A stretch of 64,000 bases of DNA from Camelus dromedarius. Lineage: Eukaryota. Positions 51,074 through 64,000 of this stretch are shown here, piece by piece. The notes under the pieces were generated by a model, which saw nothing but the letters and a program-made list of their open reading frames with translations, was not told where the DNA came from and ran no database searches. Location: NCBI RefSeq assembly GCF_036321535.1, contig NC_087436.1, positions 23,252,001 through 23,316,000 of the forward strand, written 5' to 3'. Made by a program: the position numbers and the translations under genes. Within the stretch, counting starts at the first letter, position 1, and each line of letters opens with the position of its first letter.

Positions 51074-52622
51074 CTGAAAATGATAAAATTATTAATTTCT
51101 AAATCATACCTTCTTACCACAATAAAGTAATGCCTTCCCCAGTCTGTGGGTCATATGTTTATTTAGAAAGCACTTCCTAGCCTGCACTTTAACACAATAA
51201 GCATCAAGAGCTTCTGTAAACACAAAACATTATACAAAGTATTATCACGAGGATACCATCAAATAGGGCCTAGAAAGAGGGCAAGACAGGGTAGGAAAGG
51301 CAAACCTTGCAAATCCTTGATTTGTCCTCTTCTTTTCATGTTTTCTCTGGGCAATTCCAGGCATTCCCAAATCTCTATTACCAGATGCTACCAACAGACC
51401 TAAGTTTCTAAGTATATAGAAGCACACAGCACACACGCAACAGCTTATCTGCCCTGAAGAAACATGCCCTTTTTTAACTGAGGCTTTACATCTATTAATG
51501 GGCTCACTAAGCATGTAGTTCCCCAAGCTAGAATGCTCCGAGTTCTGAACTTCCTCTCCATCAACAAGACATCAACAGGTCCCCAAGCCCTTATCCTTTC
51601 TATCTCTGAAATGTCCCTCAAAGCCCTCATCATATATCCTCTTACCCTGGTGTATTTATGGCTTCATTGTCTCATACCTGAATGACTCCGTTTCCTAACT
51701 GTTCTGTCTTTATTCCTTCTACCAGCCTCCAACATCCTCAAATTTACCCTCCATCTTCCTAAAAGATTTATCTGATAATATATCAAGTTTGTTCGCTTGA
51801 AAAAAAAACAAATCAGAGGACAACATCTAAATCTCAGTGTGGCACACGAGACTCCTTGCAGTGGATCTCCAAGCTCAGACTCCACTCACTTCTCCAACCT
51901 CTTCTCTGCACCTATTCAATGCTCCAGCTACAGAGGACTCCTTGTCATTCCCAGATACTCAAGGACTCTGTACCTTGTTGGCACTGTTCCTCTGCACGGA
52001 ATGTCCTCCTCTACCCATTCAACAAGATCCAGCCTCTGTGGAATTATAGTCTCAGTTCCCTCCTGTACCCTTCCCTGTTCCAGCCAAAATAAATGACTCC
52101 TTCCTCAATATTTACATAGAAAATAGAGAATGAAGAAAAAAATTGCTCAATACTATCTCAATATACTTGAGCTGGTAACACAAAAATGGAGTAAGTCCGG
52201 TCCTTCAACTACAGAACTTAGAATTTACTGGGGGAAGAACAAGAGCAAATCAATGCCTACAGGACAACGGACTAAATGCTATGATCGAGGACCTTCCTGG
52301 AGGAGGACAGAGGAACTGAATCTTGAAGGACAAGAAGGACACAGGAGCCAAAGTTATTTAACTTTGGGAAAGTGATGGTAAGTTTCCTTAAAGAAGGCAG
52401 GTGACTAACCGGCAAGAGTACTGGGTTGGGAACTAAAAGATAGAGCCTTTAGTCCTACTTCTATCACTCACTTCTCTGGACCTCACTTCCTCAGTGAGGG
52501 AGGAAAAGGGATAAATTTGATGACCTTCCAAATCTTTCGCTCTAATGTTTCACAACGTGTGTGATCTCCAACCTCACAGGATGCGAGTGCATGAGAAACA
52601 AGAAAACTGTAAAAACACATAC

Positions 52623-52720
52623 CTGATGTCTTTCTCAGGGTTAATATTCTTTTCCTTCATTATATCTTCTACACATCTGTCCACTTCACTCTGAACAACA
52701 TGTGTTGCTTTCTGTAAAAT
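52623..52720 (-). CDS. ELMOD2: ELMOD2 coding exon (98 nt)
   Basis: ILQKATHVVQSEVDRCVEDIMKEKNINPEKDI(S); AG/GTATG boundaries. Confidence 0.95.
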
Positions 52721-54364
52721 CTATATATGGGGAAAAAAAGCTGAATGAGAAAAATTCCTTAGAGCTGAAAAACAACAGTAAGTTTGAGGTGTTTGGCCAA
52801 CTTTATAATGCATGCATTAAAATGCAAAAAAAAAAGAAACCAAATTTGTTTCAAATTTTCAGTAGAGCTAAAATCATAGATATATACGTATATACATTCA
52901 TAAGATAGAAGAAAGCAGCATGATGTATCAGATGAAGTCCTTTTAACTGAGAATCAACAGGTTCTCAGCTGATAGTTCTTAGCAAATAAGCTACCCCAAC
53001 ACTGTGCTTATGAAGCAGACACTTTTCATAAAATTTAAGTTCCATGATAAAAATATATGTACAAAAATGATGCAGAAGTTAAAAAAAAAAAGTAATGCAG
53101 AAGAGCAAAGAGAAGAAAAGTCAAGTAATCCTGTAAATCCTACCATGAGAGACAGCTACTAGTAACAAATCAGCATATGTCCTTCCAGTCTTTTTTTCTA
53201 TGCATATAAAACAGACTTCTTAAATAATACAGCCTGTAAATGTCCACCAGATCCTTCCTTTCAACAAAAGCAAATTCAGGCTTTCCTTACCCTTAAAAGG
53301 TTTCTTTAACTTTTATGCCTCTGTAAGCTACTATGAAAATTCCCTGATATTCTTTATACTCCAGGCAGAATAATCTAATCCTACCTGGAGTTCAGCCTCT
53401 GCATATCCTGGGCCTTTCTTCTGAATGCTCCTTTCCCCAATCTCTAAACATATTAATCCCTCCCGGTTTTAAGCTAGCTCACTTACCAGATCCAGGAAGC
53501 ATTCCCTGATTCTATTCAAGTGGAATTAATCTCTCCTCTCTTGGAATTCCCATAATAATTTATCTGTAACCTTTCTATGACTCCTACCACTTTCTATATT
53601 ATAGTTATTTGTATATATTAAGTGGAAAATTCTCTGAGGACAGAGACTATACCTAGCTCATCTTTTCACATCCTGTATTTAAGAAATAACTGACAAATAA
53701 TTATTGAACAGAAACATTCAATGGATGAAAACCTTAAGAAAGGCAACTGTTTCAGTGAAAGACATGTACAGCAATGCATAAGATTATTTTAAAAGAAGGA
53801 AGAGACAGAGAAAGGAAGGGAGGGTTGGAGGGAAGGAAGGAAACTTAGGGTTGGAAGGAAAGGAAGGAAAAGGAAACAAAAGCAAACTAAAAAAGTGAGA
53901 AGGAAAATGATCAAAGACTTATAATCAGTAGGATGCAGATATGGTCACCAAGGTCTAGTTGGTCAAACCCTGGGATAATATGGCTAAAGGAAATGTCCTG
54001 AAGCTAAAAACACTAGAACCAGTAAAAGGGTTACCTTCACCATGGGTAGAAACTTTTGCACAAACTACAAACACCTAAAACATGAAAAACCCAGTCAAAC
54101 GTCCCCTCCTCTGTGAAGTCTTCCACCCTGGAGTTAACTGCCACCCTGACGCTCACCCCTCAGGTAGAGAGCACTTGCTACACCATAGCTGTTTACTCTT
54201 CAGTAGACTTTGTGTCTTTTATTTGCTCTTATATTGTGAATGAACGACTAGCTAATTGAATGAACTTGCCCAAAACACATAAATTTAGAGACAGAGTTCA
54301 GACTAGAAATGATGTCTTATCTCTCAGGAAATTCTTTTGCCTATATACACTATTCCATTCCTTT

Positions 54365-56404
54365 TCTTTAAATTGAGGTGTAATTTTAATACAATGAAAG
54401 GAACGGATGTCATATTCAGTTTGATCAGTTTTGACAGATCCACATACCCCAATAATCAACATCCTGATCAAAATACAGAATACTTCCATCGCCCCAGAAA
54501 GTTCCCTCATGCCCCCTTCCCAATCAATCCCTCCTCCAAAAAGCAACCACTGTTCTGATTTCTATCACAACTTTGTAGTGTGCATATAAATAGAATCATA
54601 AAGTACATACTCTTCTGTGTCTGGCTTCTTTTGTTCAACATGTTTCTAGGATTCATCCATACTCTTGCTTTCATCAGTAATTTGTTCCTTCCGATTGCTG
54701 AGTAGTACTCCACTGTATGAATACACCTCAGTTTGCTTATTCATTCTCCTGGTGATGGGTATTTGCATCATTTCCAATTTTAGACTATTACAAATAATAT
54801 TTTTTTTCTTTGTGAAGTGACTATTTGAGGCTTTTGCCCTTTTAAAAACTGTTTTTTATTACTGAGTTCTAAAAGTTCTTTACTAGGTATAAGTCCCCAA
54901 TCAGATATATGTGCTGCAAATACTCTGTCTGTCGCTTGCCTATTCATTTTTAAAAGGCATCCTTGATAGGTAGTTTTTATTTTGATGAAGTCTAATCTCT
55001 CTTAAGCGATAGCACTGTGTCTTCTCCAAAAGAAATTTTTGCTTAACTTATGGTGGAAGATACATATTCTCCTGTGCATTCTTTGAGAAGCCTTAAAGTT
55101 TTAGTTTAAACATAGGTCTAAACTCCATATCAAATTAATTTTTACATGTGGAGGGAGACAGGAACTAAGCCTCTCCACCCCACCCCCAATTTGGGTATCC
55201 AGTTGTTCCAGCATTATTTCTTGCTTTTCCAATACTTTCCTGTCCTCACTGAATTAACTTGCTTTAGTATCTTTGTTAAAAAGTATGCATGTATTTCTGT
55301 TCTCTCATCTGTTATATTTATCTACTTGCCTAGAAAGTCTTGAAGTCAGGTAGATTAAGTCTTCTAACTTTATTCTTTTAGAAGTTTATTTGGGCTAAAC
55401 CAGGTCTCTTAAAATTTTGTATAAACTTTAAGTGACCTAGCCACTCTCTTCAAAAATAGCTTGCTATGATTTTGATTGGAATTGCATTGAAACCATAGGT
55501 TTAGTTTGAGGATTAGCACCTTAACAATATTGACTCTTCCAACTGATGAATACAATAATATGTTTCCATTTTAAGTTTTCTCAGGAAAAGTTTTATTGTG
55601 TTAGTCTTGCATATCTTTCATTAAATGTATCCCTGAGTATCTTATGTTTCTGGATGCTACCATAAATGGAACTGTTCTTTTTTTTTGTTTTCCAAGTTTG
55701 TTTTTAACGTATAGAAGTAGACTGTGCCTCATGACATTGCTAAATTCACTTAATAATGATAGTAGTTTTTGTAGATTTCTTAGGATTTTCTATACTCACA
55801 AACTGTCATCTGTTAGTAAAGACAGCTTTCCCTCTTTCTTTTCAATTATTACGTCTTAGATTTCTTTTTCTCGCCTTATTACGCTGCCTAGGACCTCTAG
55901 AACAATGCTGAACAAAAGGAGAGTAAACATTCTTGCCTTGTTCTCAACTGAATGTGGACAGCATTCAATATTTTAGCGTCGTCTATCATGTGAGCCGCAG
56001 GTTTTCCATAGACAGCCTTTAATAGGATGAGGAAGTTCCTTTTATTTCCTAGTTAGTTGGGTGTTTTTAATCATGAATGGGTATTGAGTTCTGCCAAATA
56101 GTTTTCCAGTATCTACTGAAATGATCCTATTTTTCTAATTTACTTTGTTAATGTGGTAAGTTGCATTCATTGATTTTGAAAACTTAATCATGATATATTA
56201 TTCTTTTCATACATTACTAGGATCAATTTGCTAATGAAGAATTTTTGCATCTATATTCATGAAGGATATTGATTTGTAATTTTCTTTTATTATATTGTCC
56301 TTGTCTGGTTTTAGTATCAGGATTTAACTTGCCTCATAAAATGTGTTGCTTCCTACTTGATGTTCTAGGAGTTTATGTAATAGCTCTATTATTTTTTTCT
56401 TTTA
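54365..56404 (-). mobile_element. Old L1M, 3' part (ORF2 RT region to 3'UTR, internally deleted)
   Basis: Minus strand reads as degenerate FYEAS..LIPKPDKD..ENY..ISLMNIDAKIL; L1 3'UTR near 54.4-54.8 kb. Confidence 0.85.
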
Positions 56405-58349
56405 CTGATTTAGTCTTTTACTTAAGAATGGTCAATATAAGAATAACATATACATGAGTGAATTTTTAAGGGGGAAGAGTCTAGAGTCCTACTCTTTTGT
56501 TCAAAATCTTATAGAGTGATTACTGTTTTGTTTTTTTTAAATGAGATTGTAGGGATCTAGAAAGTTAACAAGTTGCTGGTTCCAAAATTTTGTTTATATG
56601 TATCTACCCCTATAGTTCCACTAATTGAAGTTTAGGATGCACTTTCACAAAGTAACAGTATCATAAATTGTAGCTGAATCTCTGGAGAGGTTCTGGAACT
56701 GGGAACTCAGTTTCAGATTTTTGGAGGGCATACTCCAAAAGAAATGTCAACAAGTGGGTAGTTAAATACTTACTGAATTAAGTAACAGGAGCTTTGTTTC
56801 TCAAAGTTTTAAATCTAAGGTAAACTTGTCAATAAGCTAATGGAGGAAGTCTCATCAGTTTAAACATGTACTTTATGGTGTGTATTGCATCTCATTTGTG
56901 TATTTCATTTATTTTGTAGAGTAAAATTGAATTGATTTTGTGTTTTTTTATTAATCTGATCTACTTTTTTATTTCTATGAAAAGTCTGGGTGCAGATTCT
57001 GATTTTATTATTTCTCAGTTGTTTGACTTTGTACAAGTTACTTATTTTCTCATGGTAAAAGTATTAATACCAACATGGTTGTTTTAGGATTAGTCTAAGA
57101 GAATGCCCAGCATTTGATAGGTATCCAAAAAATAGGAGTTACTAGTAATATTAGTGATGATGGGATTAAATCAATATATACTACACAGTTTTTAGAAGTT
57201 TGAAATATACATGAAAACCTCTTAGTTATTTAAATACTTTACTGATGATTGCTGTGCATAAATGTGATTTTAATCTATTAAGGCCAGTTCCTAATGCAAT
57301 GGTAGCGTGGTCCTATGGAGTTGTGAACTGTTCCATATGGGGATTCTTTCTTTGATTGTTAAAGATTGAGTTTCACTTGCTTGTATTTTAATTAGGACCA
57401 CTCATCAGTTGTTATTTAGGGTTATTAAACTTTGGGATTTATCAATGAAAATGAAAACCTTATTAGAACTTGAGTCTAGTTCAGTATTCTTCTAAGAGGT
57501 CTGGCTGCTAGTCAATGTATACTTTTGCAAAGCTCCACTGTACTTATGGTTATATGAGTATTTGAAAAATCTGAAATTTAGGAAAAAAATACTTTGTCAG
57601 TCTAATAGTGTTTTTGATTGGTTGTTTTTCGATTGCAGCTGCTGTATTAGCTCTTAAATATTAATGACAACATTCTAGCTACTGAATGATAAATTAGTTT
57701 TATGGCATCAGTTTAGTGTTCCGTGGTTTGATGGTATAGTAATACACATTTGCATATTTTTTGTCTCTATAATTTTCAAAAAACTAGATTTTAAGTACCT
57801 AATCTTCAAGTATATAACCACATAGGCATTATGATTCAAAAATGAAACATTCACATTCTGTGAATATATGAATACAAATGTATATGTAATTTCCCCAAAT
57901 TTGCTTGCAGAGTGAAACTCACTGTTGATGCTATAAATGTGTGCTAGCCATATAATTTGTAACCTACCATCAGGGCAGGTGTAATAAAAGACTATGTTAC
58001 TTTTATGTTCATTGAATGTTGTTTTATAATCAAATCATATGCATAAGCATGTATTATTTTCTTATAAAATATATGTGAGTTGTGTATATTGCTCTCTTGT
58101 TTATTATCACCTACTTTTTCTTCAGCTCAAAAGTAAACATTGTTGAGAAAAGGGTCTTTGAGTGCTTACATAGTTTGAGATTAAGAAAGAAAGTTTTAGA
58201 ATTGCTGACCTGCGTTACTCTATATTCCAGTATTGAATGAGATTCATGAGAACTTAGACAGTGTTGTAATGGGTTATATTTCTCCTCCATTCAGCATGTT
58301 AATTTGTTTTTGATTGGGAATCAAAGACCTACCAAAAGTTTAGAGAATA

Positions 58350-59645
58350 AACTGGAGATTGACAGTTGAATAAAAAAGCAAGACCTAACTAACTGCATGT
58401 TGTTTCAGGAAGCATATTCTAAAGATAAACACACAAACGTATAGAAAGTAAAAGCATATACTATGCAAACGATAAGCATAAAAAGGCTGCTGCAGCTTTC
58501 TTTCAGAAAGTATAAACTTGGAGCATTAACAGACACTAAATCTTTTTTGTTGTTATTGTTGATTATAGAAGGGTTAATTTATCAAGAACATGTAACAGTG
58601 TTAAAAGTGTATGCACTTATTAACAAAGCTGTCAAATACTTGAAGCAAAAACTGACTTAACCAAAGGGAGAAATGTATGAATCCACAATCGTAGCTGGAA
58701 ACTTTAACACACTTCTCTCATTAATTGATAGTACAAAAAGAAAAAAAAATCAGAAGGGTCTATATAATTTGAACAATACTATTAACCATCTTGACCTATT
58801 AACATTTATAGACTGCTACACCCAACAAATGCGAAATACATATTCTCAAGTACACATGGAACATTCACATAGATACATCATATGCCAGGTCTTTAAACAA
58901 GTCTCAGTAAGTTTCAAAGGGCTGAATGTTTACAGAGTATGTTTTCTGTCCCCAATAGTACTAAATTAGAAATAAGAAAAATGTAACATCTAGAAAATCC
59001 CTAAATACCTGCAATTTAAAAATCTGAGTAACCCATGTATCAGAGAAGCACTAATAAGGGAAATTTACAAAGAAAATTGAGCTGAATGATAATGAAAACA
59101 CAACATATCAAAATTTGTGAAGTACACCCAAAGTAGTTTTTAAAGGCCTGAAATCAGTGAGCTATGCTTATTCCTTAAGAAACTAGAAGACAGAAAACTA
59201 AATCCAAAGTAAATAAAAGGAAGGACATAAGAAAAATAGGATTAAAAAATTAACAAAATAGTAAACAGATAAAAATAGGAAATATCAACAAACTCAAATT
59301 GTGATTCTTTGAAAAGATTAATACTACTAATAACCCTCTAGCAACACTGATCAAGAAAGAGAGGAAACCCAAATTGCCAATATCAGGAATGACAGAGGGG
59401 GCATTACTACAGCCTATAGTCACTAAAGTATAAGGAAATACTATGGACAACTTTATGCCAATAAATTCGATAGCTTAGATGAAAGAGATAAAGTGCTTTT
59501 AAAAAACATAGTTTATCAAAACTAACACAAAAAGAAATGTAAGAAACCTAAATAGTCATATGCCTAATAAATGGAATCTGTAATTTTAAAATTTTGCATT
59601 AAAAAATCCTCTGATATTAGCTTTGCTAGTGAACTCCTATCAAAC
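58350..59645 (+). mobile_element. Old L1M, ORF2 endonuclease/linker part (opposite orientation)
   Basis: ORF 58673..58969 STIVAGNFNTLLSLID is L1 endonuclease-like; ends in degenerate GFxxExYQT. Confidence 0.88.
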
Positions 59646-60019
59646 TGATATGCCTGTGACATTCAACAATGTCCATTTTCTTTCTGGCATGAATCAGTGA
59701 CTTGTATCAATACCACTAGACAGCAGCAAGTCAATATTTTTTAACCCTACATTCTTGATCCACAATGTACACCATGACCAAATACAAACATACATATGGA
59801 TATCTAAAATACAGACGCACACACATATAGATAACTAAAATTAAATTTTCATAAAATAGTATTTAACCTTACTATGACCAGTGTTTCTAATTATTTTCTA
59901 TTCCATTCCTTTTGTTGTGATTTACTATGGGATTTCAAACAATGGTCTAGATGACCCATACTCCACCTTTGCCACAGCAAATTGAGAGAAAAATATTGTG
60001 AATTACTACAGGGAAATAC

Positions 60020-60420
60020 AGCATGAATTACTGGTCCCCATTTTTCACTCCTCTATAATTGAACTATATACCCACATGCCTAACACGGCCTTATGGTGGG
60101 GATAATGCATTTCCACCCTGTGACTTGGGCTTGGCCATGTAACTTACTTTAGGGATATTAATGGCCATGACACAAGGAAGCTCAAAATATGTCTGTGTGG
60201 TTGGACCCTCAATGATCCACTGTGAGAAGAACGTTTCCCAGGTACCTTTTCAACCTGGGTCCCAGAATGAGACAGCTGGAACAGACCTAAACTTGGCAAC
60301 AGCTTGAAGAAGAGCCTCTCCAGTTGGCCCACAGACACAAGAGCAAGAAATGAATCATATGTTGTTATAAGCCCTGAGATTGTATAACTTTGTTACACAG
60401 CATCACCTGATTGATAAATA
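60020..60420 (+). mobile_element. MLT1-type LTR
   Basis: GGGCTTGGCCATGTAACTTACTTT; TTATAAGCCCTGAGATT...TTTGTTACACAGCA. Confidence 0.75.
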
Positions 60421-60860
60421 GCATGAGGTATAATTTATTTTGGATTAAAAGGAACATGACCCAGGGTTTTCTATAATTATCCAAAATTCGTTGCTTTTCT
60501 CTCACATAAGAACCTACCCTAAGGACACAGTCCATGAGAAGGTTTTCCCAAGACCCTGCTTTCCCAAAAGCTATCAATTTTTGAAGTCAAAAAACAAGCA
60601 AAACTTCAGAATAGGACAAATTATTCAAATACTTTCTTTGTGCAGGAGTAGCACACATGCACACACACATACAAAGAGAAAAACGTTTTAAACATAGAAT
60701 ATTACTTCTAAAGTGTGAAGGTTTCATTCAATACTCTTTATAGCAAAGACTCTTCTAGTAGGACATTTAAAATAATTAATTCTAAAAGTGAGGCATTCTT
60801 TTAAAGAAAATGTATCTTCAAGTTAAATTTTCTAGAATTGTTACCTTGATATGATCCTAC

Positions 60861-60889
60861 CTTATTCTTGGAGCATGTCAAGGAATTTT
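60861..60889 (-). CDS. ELMOD2: ELMOD2 small coding exon (29 nt)
   Basis: tttcAG|(E)NSLTCSKNK|GTAGG; needed to keep frame; total CDS 882 nt = 293 aa plus stop. Confidence 0.92.
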
Positions 60890-62022
60890 CTGAAATGAAA
60901 AAGGAAAAAGAATATTATTACTTAAATGCTATTTGTGATTTACTCCATAAACAAATAGTATAAATATCAAGCTAGTAGTAAGTTAAGTTCTAGAAGACAT
61001 AATTTCTACATGAATAACATAGAAAACAGTTTACAATTTTATCCTTACAGTATTAGTATAATTCCAAAATCTTCAACCCTACACAACATACCAGAGCCAA
61101 AGAGGTGAGACCAACCTAATTTCCCCAGAATCATGTTTCTGTGCAGACTCCAAAGTGTCTACCAACATGGCTGCCTCAGAATAGCTTGGGTTCCAGAAAC
61201 TCATCTTAAGAACAGTGAGAGTGCTCTATATTACATTTTATTCACGTGTTAGCCTTAGGAAGTAAGCATTTATTTTTGAGGAGCTAGCAAATGAAGCACA
61301 CAACAATAAAGGGACAAAAATGAAGACTTTAAATTATTTGGACAACCATCCTCTAATCAAAGAGCAAAATAGCTTTTCTGTTCTTGTTTTCTGCTTCAAG
61401 AATAACAAGAATAGTTTTTACTGGTCTATTTACAAATTTTTCTGGCAAATAGTAAACAGTCTCCTTTTCTCAGCAATTCGAGAAATTCAAGAAAAAATGC
61501 TCTTGCCACAAAATAAAGCCTTAATATGTTCTTCCCCCATGCTATAAAACACTAACCGATGTTGCTAAGATTTCTTATCAAGAGGTACTCTGTTCTTCTC
61601 AGAGCAGTCAAAAGGGCAAGAGGAGGCGATAATTTCAGTCAGCCACAAAGTTGTGAAAAACCTAGGGAAGGAATTAAACTTCAATCATCCAGCTGCCCTG
61701 AGGCTTACTCCCTCTTTATGTCTGTCATTTGTCTCCTGTCATCTTGGATACCAACACCCACTCCTCAGATCTTACAGGGGTGGATCTCTTACTTGAAGCA
61801 CACTTATTCAACACAAAAGAGGCTCTGGTTGAGTCATGATTTTTCATTTAACACAGTGAACATGAACTGTAGCTGATCCCTGGGATTCCTGACTCTGGCC
61901 AAAGGGAAATGACCTCCATCCTACTTCTCACTCATCTGTGTTCTAATTTACAGCACTGTTTTCAAATTTAAAGCAATATTTTCTATCAAGCATTAAAAGC
62001 CGATAGTTTAGAAGGTCCTGGA

Positions 62023-62318
62023 GCAGTACCGTTCAACAGAAATATCACACAAGCCAAATGTGAATCACATATATACTCTAAAATTTTCTAGTAGCCATGT
62101 TAGAGTAAAAGAAACATAAAATTAATATTAATACATTTTAGCCCTATATATCCAAGTATTATTTCAATATACAATGAATATAATTACTGAGATACCTTTA
62201 CATTCTTTTTTCATATAAAGCCATTGAAATCCAGCGTATATCTTACACTTCTGCACATCTCAATTCATATTAATCACATTTCAGTGTGGCTACTGGCTAC
62301 AGTACAGGACACAGCAGA
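62023..62318. mobile_element. MER33-like hAT-Charlie DNA transposon
   Basis: AAAATTTTCTAGTAGCCA...GCACATCTCAATTC...GTGGCTACTGGCTAC...GGACACAGCAG. Confidence 0.7.
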
Positions 62319-62790
62319 TTTTGAGTTTAATCATCTTTCCCAGGGATCACTAGATATCTACTATTGTTCTTTTATGAATTACATAAGAGATTACAAGACT
62401 CTCTGATGAAAGATGAATATAAAAATGGATCTAGATCCAAATACTCTCTTCCCCCTCACTTGAGTAAAAATTTCAAAAGGCTTATATAAAGCGCAGAGAT
62501 TTTTCTCTAGAAAGTTGGCTGCAAGTATAATCTAAGGTACAACTGATGAATTTCAGGAGCCAGAAAAGATAATGCTTTGCATGGATGAATAATCAAATAA
62601 TAATTCGCTTCTTTTATATAACCAGTTTTAGAGCTGGAAGGATTCAAAGCTAGATTTCAAAGATCATGAAACTGAGATTAAGTGCCTTGCTCATGATACA
62701 CAAGTGCATCTGTCACTATCAGTACTGAGAAAAAAATATTCATTCAGAGTTAAATTTTTATTTTTTTAATTATTTTTTGAAAAACATTAC

Positions 62791-62932
62791 CTATCCTGTG
62801 TGTCCTTTGTGCACCTACATAGGTATCAAAAATTCGCTGCAATTCACATTTTCCAGTCATCTGTCGTAAGAGCCATTTCATCCAAAATCGAAAAAAGTGC
62901 CCATAGAAGAACTCCCACAAAGAAATAAACAT
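62791..62932 (-). CDS. ELMOD2: ELMOD2 first coding exon (ELMO domain-containing 2, ARF/ARL GAP)
   Basis: MFISLWEFFYGHFFRFWMKWLLRQMTGKCELQRIFDTYVGAQRTHRI G|GTAAT; acceptor 9 nt upstream of the ATG implies a non-coding exon 1. Confidence 0.97.
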
Positions 62933-63789
62933 TTTTTTTTCCTGGAGAAGGAAATATATGACAGGTTTAATGACCTTATATTGGATTTTTAAAAAAGGAA
63001 AAGTTACAGTTTATCCAACTCATTAAATCCCCAAGTTATATTAATATCTATCATATCATTCCATCGTGTCTATTTTGTAGTAGTGTTAAGTCATCTAAGG
63101 AAACGATAGGTGTAATATATACTACTTAGGTTGATTAAATGATGGCTGGTCAAATGGTCAATTTATCACTTTTAAACAATTTATCTGTAAAAGTCAAACT
63201 AGTTAGATTCAAGCTCTCAGTTCTCTATCTTAATTTCTCATTCTTTGAGAATGGGGCTCAAGAACAAAAGGACCCCAACTAAGCAACAATTAAACCAAAT
63301 ATACGATATCTAAGAATTGTTTGTAAAAGGAGTAAGTCTTCATAACCCCTCTGGATAATTCCAGTTATATCTGTCCCACGGCCAGGTGATCCCAGCAAAT
63401 AAGAACACTACATACGGCTTACAGGTCGAAGTACACAAGTTGAACACGGAGTAGATTACACCCTGGCTAATTGCTGGTTTTCCATTCAATAGGGGAAAGG
63501 CAGAAATGCTAAGAAGAGTAATAAACAAAACTACACCCTCTATAAAACTAAACCTTTATGCCATAAGAAAAATCTTCAGCTCCTAAATGAAGCGGGGTCG
63601 GGGAAATCCAAGTCAGGAGGAGTTACTTAAAAACAAACAAAAACAAAAATGACCATCTCCTTCCTGCCTTTTAAACATTCCCATAGATACGTCATCTCTC
63701 CTACGGACTGTCAAACTCGAAATCCCAGCAGGTCAGTGCAGAATCAGTGCAATCAGAGACAGGCTGTGACTTTAAAATGAATCCAACTG

Positions 63790-64000
63790 GTCCGCGCTCA
63801 TCAGGACAAAAGAAGCCGGACTGCCAAGCGGAGGGAACGCAACCCTCGCGGCGCCTGAGCTCCTCAGCCCTCGGGGAGTCGCTGCGCCGAGCCCCCCTTC
63901 CGAGCCTCCCGCCGAACCCCTCTTCCAAGCTCGCACCCGGCCGCGAGTGGGAGGGAACCGCTCGCACAAAGCCCCGCCGGCCCGGGCGCCCCGCGGACTT
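63790..64000 (-). promoter_or_regulatory. ELMOD2: Edge of the ELMOD2 5' CpG island (continues beyond the window)
   Basis: Abrupt CpG/GC-rich sequence about 0.9 kb upstream of the first coding exon. Confidence 0.85.

Noticed and set aside
58463..58969. L1 endonuclease-like ORFs as an active or domesticated gene
   Set aside because: Short fragments with many stops and frameshifts.
1..64000. Prokaryotic-type systems (CRISPR, operons, defence islands)
   Set aside because: The sequence is intron-rich mammalian DNA; no repeat-spacer arrays or operon structure seen.

Overview
Mammalian genomic DNA, almost certainly a camelid (tRNA-Ala-derived vic-1-like SINE at 17.4 kb). It carries the conserved TBC1D9-UCP1-ELMOD2 block: the last five coding exons and 3'UTR of TBC1D9 (+, 3493-~8245), the complete six-exon UCP1 gene (+, CDS 29127-35664) with its distal enhancer (~24.6-24.9 kb), CpG-island promoter and TATA box, and all eight coding exons of ELMOD2 (-, 62932-41154, 293 aa), whose CpG island begins at the right edge. 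The rest is LINE, SINE, LTR and DNA-transposon remnants. I found no new multi-gene system. The strongest signal is UCP1: its frame is open (301 aa) but it looks eroded. It has an in-frame 12-nt deletion in matrix loop 3 (human G246-K249) and radical changes at carrier-motif positions (G57V, Y96C, L276W), while the purine-nucleotide-binding residues and regulatory scaffold are retained. The second signal is a probable ~3.2 kb inversion in ELMOD2 intron 3, revealed by an old L1 split into two oppositely oriented, nearly contiguous halves. Comparisons with human, mouse, cattle and repeat consensus sequences are from memory and need alignment to confirm.
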